The translations under genes were made by a program, and so were the position numbers. From the IMG/VR virus record IMGVR_UViG_3300030380_002211: 64,000 nucleotides of DNA, one strand, 5' to 3'. The notes under the pieces are model-generated. The model searched no databases and had not been told where the DNA came from. It saw only the letters and a list, made by a program, of their open reading frames with translations. This stretch comes from an uncultured virus (IMG/VR IMGVR_UViG_3300030380_002211). Its lineage: Duplodnaviria; Heunggongvirae; Uroviricota; Caudoviricetes. Of the stretch, positions 48,781-57,681 are shown piece after piece (the stretch's first letter is position 1; each line of letters opens with the position of its first letter).

Positions 48781-48906
48781 TTTAGTTCTCCATTTAATAA
48801 ACCCCTTATGTATTCGGGGAATGTTAGCCCAGACATTGAAGTTATCTCGTCAGGGATCAAGTGTATAGGACATTATTGCCCTATACGAATATTTATAATC
48901 TTTTTA

Positions 48907-49590
48907 CTACGCAGCTACAGTAATTGTACCAGCAGCAGTTCCTAAAGCAGTTGCACTAGTAATTGTAGATGCAGTATTTGCTTCTTGTGTTAAACGACCA
49001 GCAGTAGCACCTTCTAGTTCTATGAACTCATCAGCACTTCCATCATTTGTTCCTTCTTCTAAGACAAAAGTCTCAGTAGATTTCTCGTTGATAGTACCAC
49101 TATTCAATGCAAGGCAGTTAGCCGCAATTGAAAGTACATCGGAAGCATTTGTAGCGGCGTTAGCAGCTGCAATTGCAAGTTCAAATGTAAGTCTGTTTGT
49201 TCCTGAACCACTAGCATATGCTAATGCGTGTGGACCACGACCTGAACCTGAACCTTCGTTACCATTTGTGACAGCCAAAGTAGGTGTACCACCGTCTGTA
49301 GCAACTTCAACTTCTTCGTTGAAAGTAACTGTTACACTTAGTGTTCCGCCATCTGACTTATCGAAACTATCAATATTCCAATCAATAGCTGTGATATCTG
49401 CAAGGTTTAGGGAGGTACTTAAATTACCAATCGCAACAAGAACTTCTTCTTGTAATCGACCAGCACGCCCACCTGTTCCTGTAATTTTCTTAACCCACCC
49501 TTTTTCGGTAGCATAAGTATTTAATTTTTCAGCGTCTGACAAGTGCTTTGGTTTAGCTTCGACAGCGTCTGAATTTCCCCATAAAGGCAT
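48907..49590 (-). CDS. virion structural protein
   Basis: MPLWG..D, GWV....G..GR..EVLVA, TF.E.V, YASGSGT..LTF. Confidence 0.7.
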   Translation of the reverse strand: MPLWGNSDAVEAKPKHLSDAEKLNTYATEKGWVKKITGTGGRAGRLQEEVLVAIGNLSTSLNLADITAIDWNIDSFDKSDGGTLSVTVTFNEEVEVATDGGTPTLAVTNGNEGSGSGRGPHALAYASGSGTNRLTFELAIAAANAATNASDVLSIAANCLALNSGTINEKSTETFVLEEGTNDGSADEFIELEGATAGRLTQEANTASTITSATALGTAAGTITVAA

Positions 49591-49656
49591 ATTATCTCTC
49601 CTTATTAATAAGTTTGTTTCTTGTATACATTAACGTTAATTAACTATTACTATTTA

Positions 49657-50202
49657 TCAAAAACCAAATCTCTTCAGCTGAGAAATCGTGTTTGATGCAC
49701 TCGTATGTAGTATTCCTATCCCACCATTAGCCTTAAATTGTTGAACATTCTTTGGAAAATCATCAATTAGTATTGCAGGTTGTTTCTTATTCAGAGGGTG
49801 GGGCCTCTCTTTACTTCCCTTCATAGCAAACTCTTTCTTTTCTCTACGTCTCACTATGTTTATCATAAATTTTTGTGTGTATCCTACTTCTTTTCGTAAC
49901 CATTTCATCTTACCTGGTATACAGTTAGGATCCTCTATACTATATGCTGATAAAATATGAGGTTTATGTCTACTTAGAAATGACCAAAGTTGTTTACCGT
50001 CTCTAGTCCAAGGCATATTTGCCCAATAGTTCTTAGTTTTTCTAATAGAATCCCAATCTTGTCCAGTTCTTAAACCTGTCCAATCTTGTCCTGTTGCTCT
50101 TTTGGCTGCAAGAATGAAGTCACACAACACTCCGTCCATATCAACATAGATACGAGGAAGGTCGCCATTTGCTTCTCTGTATAATTCTTTATAATCTCTC
50201 AA
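49657..50202 (-). CDS. HAD-family 5'(3')-nucleotidase-like phosphatase
   Basis: IYVDMDGVL.DF, ILSA, GK..W, LIDD; TTG start with AAGGAG RBS. Confidence 0.88.
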   Translation of the reverse strand: MRDYKELYREANGDLPRIYVDMDGVLCDFILAAKRATGQDWTGLRTGQDWDSIRKTKNYWANMPWTRDGKQLWSFLSRHKPHILSAYSIEDPNCIPGKMKWLRKEVGYTQKFMINIVRRREKKEFAMKGSKERPHPLNKKQPAILIDDFPKNVQQFKANGGIGILHTSASNTISQLKRFGF

Positions 50203-50213
50203 GAGATATCTCC

Positions 50214-50783
50214 TTAATGAAGATTGCCGTTAGGTGCCTTCTGACCTCCAGAATATACCCCAATCTCTACCTCAGGATTTACCTCTATTTTAGATTTACC
50301 CAAACTCATCTTTAATTTTTTCTTGTCAACACTCTTTGAATCTGGTTTGTCTTTGGCATTCTTATCTAAGATAGCGTTTGCAAGACCAGTTCTTAAAGGT
50401 ATTTCTCCTGTATCAGGATTAGGTTCAGGTTTTACAGTTTTATCTTTTTCTATTTTTAATTCTAGTTCTAATTTTTGAATCTTATCTTTAAGAGACTGTA
50501 TCTCACCTGCTGATTTATCTACTACAGGTACTTCTTTTGCTTCGTTTGTAGAAGGTACTAAAAGATAGTCTCTTAATTTATTCATATTATTAGCAGCGAT
50601 AGCAATTTTATTCATCCACCAACTAGGTAAGTTATCTTCTGGATTCATACCTTGTAGTTTAGATAACATTTGAGAAGCGTCTTCAATTGAAGTCTTGCAT
50701 TGTCTAACAGCAGATGCCACATCGGTATGACCATCTTCTCTCACTTGTTGTAATGCCTCTTTGAATGTTTGTGTATATTTCAT
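50214..50783 (-). CDS. putative internal head protein
   Basis: CTS-like start; EDGH.DV.SA, LPSWW.NK motif. Confidence 0.65.
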   Translation of the reverse strand: MKYTQTFKEALQQVREDGHTDVASAVRQCKTSIEDASQMLSKLQGMNPEDNLPSWWMNKIAIAANNMNKLRDYLLVPSTNEAKEVPVVDKSAGEIQSLKDKIQKLELELKIEKDKTVKPEPNPDTGEIPLRTGLANAILDKNAKDKPDSKSVDKKKLKMSLGKSKIEVNPEVEIGVYSGGQKAPNGNLH

Positions 50784-50785
50784 TT

Positions 50786-53700
50786 TTATTCCTTAGTAGA
50801 AAGTGCCACTTTTACTGCCTCTTCTAATGAACCAGGTTTAGTTTTTAAATATTTCTTATCTTCGCCATACATAGCATTAATCTTTTTCATAGCAGTTTGC
50901 ATTTTAGGTGCGTCTTTAACTTTTGACATATCAGCACCACCATTGTTTTTAACATCTGCTCTTACATCTGATTTCATGTACATGGCATTCATGTCTTTCA
51001 TAGGTTTATCTTCTTTAGATTTATGTGGGTCTTTAATCATTGCGTTAAGTTTTACAGCATCTGGTTTCATATCATCATCACCAGTTTTCATTTCTTTTTT
51101 GTAAGATGATTTCATGTATGAAGATTTGACAGGCATTTTCATAGCATTCATTTTCATCATTTCTTTAACTGCTTCACTTTTATTTTCTACTTGCACAGCA
51201 CCTTGTCTTTGCATCATAGGTAATTTATCTTTATCAATAACAAAAACTCTACCTTTGTGATTGCCTTTTGTCATCATTACCATAGCATCTTTATTCTTAT
51301 CTTTAAATTGTCTTTCAAAGTTAAAAATTGAACCAGGTATTGACTCTTCTAATTCTTCTTTTTCTTCTTTTTTCTTTTTGCCTTTTTCTTTGTAACCACT
51401 AGCAAATGCAGCCTTTCTTTGGGCATCTGAAGCAAATCCTTCTTTCATTGCCATCTCCATTTTCTTCATCATTTCTTTCTTCATCATCTCAGGCATTTTA
51501 TCCATTTCTTTCATCATTTCTTTTTTCATCATTTCCATTTTTTCTGGGTCTTTTTCTGCCTTCATCATTTCCATTTTCTTCATCATTTCTTTTCTCATCA
51601 TTTCGGCATTTAACATACCTCCATCATTACCTTGACTATCTGTTCCGTATTCTTTGATTAGTTCTTCATTCTTTGCAGTATGCATTCCGTCTACATGTTT
51701 AAAGAATTTCTTTTTATCAGCGTCCGATTTAAGGTCATCAAGGGAGTTAATCCCGAAGTCCTTCATGGCCGCTTTGAACTTGTCTTTATAAGTTGCTTCG
51801 TTCATGTTGTCTCCCTTTTGTTTTGATTCAGGTACAAATTCTTCTTCTTCTATACCTAGTTTCTTTTTAACCATGTTAGTTGCAGTTGCAAATCTAACAC
51901 TATCACCGTCTTTACCATATCGTTTAATAAAATCTTTCTTAGGCATATCATCTGCCTTTTTGTGTACCATTTTAATTTGTGATTTAGATAAGTCTGCCTC
52001 TAGTATATAATCACCATCTCTGTGTTGTCTTACACCAGGCATATTTTTTAGTGTATCTTTTGATATATCAATACCAAATTCTCTTTTGACTTGTTGTTTT
52101 AAATCATCAAACCCAGCTGCACCACCTTCTTTTTCAAGTTTATCGTGAACACTTTGTAGAATCTTTTTAAACATACCTTCATTTAAACTCATCTTCATTA
52201 ATGTTTTACTATCAAAGTCTTTATCTTTTGCAAACTCTGATTCTAAAGTTTCCATGATATTTAAATTAATACTTTTTTCTAGAAGTTTATTTATTTCTTT
52301 TTCTTCCATTAAATGTGAATCAACACCTGCTGTACTTTTAAGACCTTTCATTTGTGCATATTTTTTAGCCGCCTCATAACTACTGTTTGCTTTTACAACT
52401 TCTTTACCATGTTTTACATGAACAACTGTGTATGTTCTTTCTTCTGACATATTCATTGTTCTATAAGCATTATGACCACCTGACCAGTTTAATTTCTTTT
52501 GTGGGTCTGAATGAGGATTATCTATATATTTTATTCCCTTTTTAGCTGCTTGTTGTCCTTGTTTATATTCAGGTGATAGTTTGTTCATTGACATCATAGG
52601 TGTTTCAAATAGTTTTGATATATCTCCACCAGCAACATAGTCTGGTAATAGTATTTCTAAATCTTTTGCAGTAACATTTGCCATTTTGGCAATTACAGGT
52701 GCAAAATCTTTCATAGTTTTACTTTTCATCATTTTATTTGCAATGTCTTGACCTTTTGCTTCACTAACAGATGCTGCTAACGGTTGTTTAATACCCAATC
52801 TTTTCATTTCTTTTTCAATCTCTATGTCAGTTAGTCTTTCACCTTGTTTGTCTTTTGCCATTTGCATACGACCTTTTTGAATAAATAAATTATCTAATTT
52901 TCTACTACTCATTGCCTCTTGAACTTGTTCGTCAGCGATTACTCTTATATCATCTCCGAACTTCTGAACAACTTTGTTATGAATATTCTCTACGTCTTTT
53001 GCACTATCAACAGTAACTTGTGAACCAGAAACATTTATTTCACCACCGCCCACTTTACCATCAAACATTCTAGCAACTGTTCTTGCTTGACCAGGATTCT
53101 TACACATATACTCTAAGTAATCTTTATATTCTTTTAAATCTTCAACTTCTTCTACTACAGGTCTACCATTATTATCTTTTGCAATCATGAAACTTGACAA
53201 CGCACTACCCATTTTAGCACCACTTTGTGGTTTCAATGCGGCTATTTTTAATCTAATATTTTTAAATCGTGAGTCACCTTTAGTAAGTTTTTCATATTCT
53301 TTTTTGTAATCTCTTGCATTTTGCATTGACTTTTGAATACTTAAAATTTTACTGTTAAAACTCATATCGTAAACAGCATATTGTGTCATTGCATCTATCT
53401 GTTCTTTCATTTCTCTAGCTACACTTTCTGGTACACAATTAGGTACCCTTTTGCCTGTTCTACTAGATTTTTTAAAACCGACTTGTTTATATCCTGTCCA
53501 ACATGCCTCTTGTTGTAACTCATCTGCCTCTTCTAAATTAATTGTTTCTTTAATATCTGCAGGTTTCATTCCATGTTTGATAACTAATTTAGAAGATGCA
53601 CCAGTTGATATGAAAGGTATATCAGCATTTGCTAATTTCTTAAGCATATCTTTTGTCATCTTATCTAACATGTTACTCATTTTCTTAGCATTATCTATGG

Positions 53701-53794
53701 ATATAGTTTTACCTCTCATAGGTTCATACTCTTTTTTAAGAGTTGCTAATTGTTGAACTGTAAATTCTTTTAATTCTTTAAATGTTAATGGCAT
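50786..53794 (-). CDS. large modular Lys/Glu/Met-rich protein (putative internal head polyprotein)
   Basis: 1002 aa; many L/V-x-E boundaries; EACW.GY..VG....VPNCVPE module; Met-rich tract. Confidence 0.7.
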   Translation of the reverse strand: MPLTFKELKEFTVQQLATLKKEYEPMRGKTISIDNAKKMSNMLDKMTKDMLKKLANADIPFISTGASSKLVIKHGMKPADIKETINLEEADELQQEACWTGYKQVGFKKSSRTGKRVPNCVPESVAREMKEQIDAMTQYAVYDMSFNSKILSIQKSMQNARDYKKEYEKLTKGDSRFKNIRLKIAALKPQSGAKMGSALSSFMIAKDNNGRPVVEEVEDLKEYKDYLEYMCKNPGQARTVARMFDGKVGGGEINVSGSQVTVDSAKDVENIHNKVVQKFGDDIRVIADEQVQEAMSSRKLDNLFIQKGRMQMAKDKQGERLTDIEIEKEMKRLGIKQPLAASVSEAKGQDIANKMMKSKTMKDFAPVIAKMANVTAKDLEILLPDYVAGGDISKLFETPMMSMNKLSPEYKQGQQAAKKGIKYIDNPHSDPQKKLNWSGGHNAYRTMNMSEERTYTVVHVKHGKEVVKANSSYEAAKKYAQMKGLKSTAGVDSHLMEEKEINKLLEKSINLNIMETLESEFAKDKDFDSKTLMKMSLNEGMFKKILQSVHDKLEKEGGAAGFDDLKQQVKREFGIDISKDTLKNMPGVRQHRDGDYILEADLSKSQIKMVHKKADDMPKKDFIKRYGKDGDSVRFATATNMVKKKLGIEEEEFVPESKQKGDNMNEATYKDKFKAAMKDFGINSLDDLKSDADKKKFFKHVDGMHTAKNEELIKEYGTDSQGNDGGMLNAEMMRKEMMKKMEMMKAEKDPEKMEMMKKEMMKEMDKMPEMMKKEMMKKMEMAMKEGFASDAQRKAAFASGYKEKGKKKKEEKEELEESIPGSIFNFERQFKDKNKDAMVMMTKGNHKGRVFVIDKDKLPMMQRQGAVQVENKSEAVKEMMKMNAMKMPVKSSYMKSSYKKEMKTGDDDMKPDAVKLNAMIKDPHKSKEDKPMKDMNAMYMKSDVRADVKNNGGADMSKVKDAPKMQTAMKKINAMYGEDKKYLKTKPGSLEEAVKVALSTKE

Positions 53795-54585
53795 TATTTT
53801 AACCTCGAATAATATTTTTTGACTAAAGCATTTCTTTTTGTATAATCAGGTTCAGTTATGTGACCTCTTTGTTTATGTCTTTTATCAATGTCTATCATGT
53901 CTTTGAATTCTTGAGAAGAACCAAATGCTCTTGCCAACATAATAGCATTTAAAGAATGGTCATTATCGTTTTCATTTGCCTTAAAATCTGCTTTAGTGAA
54001 ACCTGTTTTGTTTACTAATTTTAGTAGGTCTCTTTCTGTTAGATGATATACTTCTTCTTCTATTTCTAAACTTTCTACAACCTTTGCACTTTTGAAACCT
54101 ATAAAGTTTCTGATATCTGCAACTTGTCTGTCAACGTGAACACCTCTACCATCAAGTGTGACAGAGTCGTCACTCATATTCTGTATGACATCTATTTTTG
54201 TTCCTCTACCTTTATTTTCAATGTCTATGTGCTTTTGAATTTTTTGTATTGTTTTATCAATGTTTTGTGGGTGAAGTTTAATCTCTACTTTTTTCATTTC
54301 ATGAAAAGTTTCTTCCCCGATGCCTATAACTGTATCACCTTTTACTTTAGAGTGAGGTCTAACTGGCACAATTTTAAGAGGTTTCTTAACACCTACTTGT
54401 GTCTCTGCACCTTTCATATTGATTTGTGCATGTTTCTTTCCGTCTTGACCTTTATACAATCCTATGATTTTATTATCACCGTCTATGATTGCATAGTCAA
54501 AATTTTCATTGATTTCGTCTTTTGGGTCCCTATATGCTCTTGCTTCAGAGAGAGCTTGGCCCATTGATTTTATTGTTTTATACAT
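53794..54585 (-). CDS. putative internal head protein
   Basis: Coupled to flanking genes; F..NE..N.H motif; xxE|A N-terminus. Confidence 0.6.
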   Translation of the reverse strand: MYKTIKSMGQALSEARAYRDPKDEINENFDYAIIDGDNKIIGLYKGQDGKKHAQINMKGAETQVGVKKPLKIVPVRPHSKVKGDTVIGIGEETFHEMKKVEIKLHPQNIDKTIQKIQKHIDIENKGRGTKIDVIQNMSDDSVTLDGRGVHVDRQVADIRNFIGFKSAKVVESLEIEEEVYHLTERDLLKLVNKTGFTKADFKANENDNDHSLNAIMLARAFGSSQEFKDMIDIDKRHKQRGHITEPDYTKRNALVKKYYSRLK

Positions 54586-54590
54586 TACAG

Positions 54591-57086
54591 TTATTCCTTG
54601 TTAAACCTTTTCTTATATTTATCTATTGTTCCACCTTCATTCTTGAATTTTTTCAAGTCCTTATAAGTTATTTTGTCATTTGTCTTTCTAAAATTCTGAA
54701 TTGGTTGGCCTGGAGTCATTTTCATTGTGTGTTGTGTATAGTCATCTGTGCCAATTTCATAACTTTCGTACTTAAATACTTTACTTGTTGTACTAAAATT
54801 AGGTTTTCTCATGATAGTTTTATTTGTTACTTCAAACTCATTACCTTTCTTTCTGATAATAACAGGTAAATTTAAATTTGTTGACATATCTTTTAACACA
54901 GCTTCTATATCAGGATTATTTCTAATATTCGTTGCTTTATTTCTTTGTATTTTCTTAAAAAACTTTTGTAGTTCAGATACTTTAATTGCTGGACTATTTC
55001 TAGTGTCGTTCATTCTATCTACAAAGTGTCTTGTAAACTCTATATCGACACCATACTTTTTGAGTATTCTATCTGCAAATCTTTCTAAATCATTTATTTC
55101 TCTTTGTGATACACTTTCTTTCTGCATCTCTTTAGTTTTCTTTTTCATCTGTTCAATGTAAGCACGATAGATTGCAGCTTCTGCTTTCTTGCCCATTTCT
55201 TTTGCACGTTGTTCCATTGCAACAGCAGCTTGTATTTTGTGTGCATGAGTTTTGCCAGAGTTTTTAATCTTGGTTATACTTGCCTTTGCAGTTGCAACAT
55301 CTTTAAATCCAAGACCATGAATTGTACCTTTTGGGTTTTCATCTGTATATAAATCAGAATGTTTATCTGAACCTGCAGGTTGACCTTTCTTTCTAGGTAT
55401 TCTTGGTGCTTCTTCTAATGATTTTAAATCATACAACCATGCCTTCTTAATAAGACCTTCTGTTTCATATGAAACATAATTTGAACCTCGTCTTACAATT
55501 ACACCCATTGAACCATCTACATGTTCAACTATATCACCAACATTAAATATATTTTCTTGATGATACTCTTCTCTTAAAAAGTTTGTAAAACTTTCTACAT
55601 AACCTTCTCTTATACCCATGCCTTTTTTAACAGCATTAAATAATTCTTTTGTATCTCTGTCTGAAAGTCCAGTAACTCCTAATTTGAAGTTTCTGTAATC
55701 GTTGTTCTTTGCCATCTCTCTCATTTTAGAAGCTGACATTCCTGAAACACCTTCGGCATCTGGATCCCTTTCGCCTGAAGAAACTACTGTAACTTTTTTA
55801 TAATTATAATCTCTACCATTGTATCTATCAGCAAGTGTTTGAAAATCTCGTATTCTATCACTACCTGCCACCATGATTACTTCACCATACATTTTATCAA
55901 AAAATTTCAGTATCTCCATAAATGTTCTTTGTGTTCCACCAGCTGCTTTGATGTTATTTTGTGGGAACATCTTTTTTAGAAATTTAACTTTTGTATTTAC
56001 ATCTAATGGATTTTTTCGTTTGTCGGTTGAGGCACTAGCGTAAACAATGTGATTAGCGTTGTTCTTTCTAGCTTGTGCAATCACCTCTTTCATCAGTTTA
56101 GCATGACCCGTAGTAGGAGGGTTAAACCTACCAAAAGCAAAAATTAATTTGGCGCTTTTATCCAATGCCTCTCCGACTGCCCTCGCTTCGCTTTGGGCAT
56201 CATCAACACTTTTTAGTGAGTCTATCTCACTATCTGTTACTTTACCATCATCTAAAATCTTTTTACATTTTTTCAAGAATGTAAGATAATGATATTTTTC
56301 TAACATTTTATAAACTACGTTTGCAGGTAATCTATTTTTAATACTATAAGTTTTAATTTCATCTGGTGTCATATCTGTATCAAAAGCTGCTCTTCTTTCA
56401 AGGTCAACTTTGTTACCAATATCTGTTAAGTCTTGTATATCTTTTTCTATTTCACCTAGTTTATTACTAATTCTTTTTTCTAAGTCTTTAATCTCACCAG
56501 GTTTTAATTCTGTTAATTCATCATAGTCTATAATATCTCTTTTTAATTCACCCTTTAGCATATCTATTTTGTCAACTTGTTTTTGAAAGTCTTTTAGATA
56601 TAAGTTAGGATTAAAATCAAATTCTTCTGGTCGTTTTACAAATGATTGACCTTTAATATCAAATACAGCATCTGCTTTTTCATTTTGTTCATCATAGGTT
56701 TTTTCGTCTGTAATAAAATAATAGTTTATAGGATGTTGAGTGCCAGGTATTAACTTACCTTGTATATTATCTGGATTACTAGAAGCCAAATACTTTTTGG
56801 ATAGTCTTAATCTTTCTTCTTCTTGTTTTTCTTCTGGCACATCAAACAAAACATTGATATCTAAATCAGCATCATTACGATATCTTTTCGTAAGTATAGA
56901 ACCTATCAAACTATACTTTAATATAGGATACTCTGATTCAAACTCTTTGAATTGTTCTGTAATTAATCTTATTACACTATCTTTAATTTTAGGATTGCTT
57001 GTATCTTCGTCATCAAATACAGCAGGTGCATATGTACGTCTAGGTATATCAATGATTGATTCTTTAAATAGTCTAAAGCTTTTCAT
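54591..57086 (-). CDS. multidomain nucleotidyltransferase: Pol-beta-type NTase + HxGH (cytidylyltransferase-like) + C-terminal modules
   Basis: LIGS...DADLD; FGRFNPPTTGH, VAGSDR, RDPDAEGV.GMSASKMR; C-terminal EFTRHF.DR.ND.RN...KT.MRK. Confidence 0.85.
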   Translation of the reverse strand: MKSFRLFKESIIDIPRRTYAPAVFDDEDTSNPKIKDSVIRLITEQFKEFESEYPILKYSLIGSILTKRYRNDADLDINVLFDVPEEKQEEERLRLSKKYLASSNPDNIQGKLIPGTQHPINYYFITDEKTYDEQNEKADAVFDIKGQSFVKRPEEFDFNPNLYLKDFQKQVDKIDMLKGELKRDIIDYDELTELKPGEIKDLEKRISNKLGEIEKDIQDLTDIGNKVDLERRAAFDTDMTPDEIKTYSIKNRLPANVVYKMLEKYHYLTFLKKCKKILDDGKVTDSEIDSLKSVDDAQSEARAVGEALDKSAKLIFAFGRFNPPTTGHAKLMKEVIAQARKNNANHIVYASASTDKRKNPLDVNTKVKFLKKMFPQNNIKAAGGTQRTFMEILKFFDKMYGEVIMVAGSDRIRDFQTLADRYNGRDYNYKKVTVVSSGERDPDAEGVSGMSASKMREMAKNNDYRNFKLGVTGLSDRDTKELFNAVKKGMGIREGYVESFTNFLREEYHQENIFNVGDIVEHVDGSMGVIVRRGSNYVSYETEGLIKKAWLYDLKSLEEAPRIPRKKGQPAGSDKHSDLYTDENPKGTIHGLGFKDVATAKASITKIKNSGKTHAHKIQAAVAMEQRAKEMGKKAEAAIYRAYIEQMKKKTKEMQKESVSQREINDLERFADRILKKYGVDIEFTRHFVDRMNDTRNSPAIKVSELQKFFKKIQRNKATNIRNNPDIEAVLKDMSTNLNLPVIIRKKGNEFEVTNKTIMRKPNFSTTSKVFKYESYEIGTDDYTQHTMKMTPGQPIQNFRKTNDKITYKDLKKFKNEGGTIDKYKKRFNKE

Positions 57087-57681
57087 TTTCTATATCCTTA
57101 ATAATTTTGTTTGCAATATCTTTTGGTTCAGGACCTTCTGCCTTTATCTTTAAAAATGTTTTATTAACATCATTTGAACTATCTTTTTCTAATTGTCTTA
57201 GAACTGGACCAGTTTCTTTTTCGTACACACCTATTCTATTTTTAATAATCTCTGGTTTATCATCTTTTCTACCACGAGCAGATAATCTTCTAATAACTTC
57301 TTTTTCTGATACATCTAAAAAGACAACATAATCATAGTTGACGTTCTCTTCTTTCATCTTGTTTAACTGTTCCATGTTTCTAGGAAAACCATCAAGTATA
57401 TAACCTTTTTTTGTATCAGGTTTTTCTAGTCTATCTTTTAATGCTTTTATTACATATCTTAAAGGAACTAAATTACCAGCGTCCATTATCTTTGCAACTT
57501 CTGGATTTGTCTTTTGTAATTCTCTCATCATATCACCCATGTAGATATGAGGTATTTTAAAATGTTTATTTAAGAACTCTGAATAAGTTGATTTACCAGA
57601 ACCAGGTCCACCAATCATTATGATACGAGTCATAGGCATATCAATCTCAATTGCTTCTAAAAATTGTTTTAGTGATTTCAT
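57073..57681 (-). CDS. adk: adenylate kinase family NMP kinase (short LID)
   Basis: GGPGSGKST, HI.MGDM.R, G.LVP, GYILDGFPR, R.DD....I..R...Y. Confidence 0.92.
   Translation of the reverse strand: MKSLKQFLEAIEIDMPMTRIIMIGGPGSGKSTYSEFLNKHFKIPHIYMGDMMRELQKTNPEVAKIMDAGNLVPLRYVIKALKDRLEKPDTKKGYILDGFPRNMEQLNKMKEENVNYDYVVFLDVSEKEVIRRLSARGRKDDKPEIIKNRIGVYEKETGPVLRQLEKDSSNDVNKTFLKIKAEGPEPKDIANKIIKDIENEKL

Noticed and set aside
48820..48856. CUGACGAG on the minus strand resembling a hammerhead ribozyme core
   Set aside because: No properly placed stem II and GAAA partner motif could be built.
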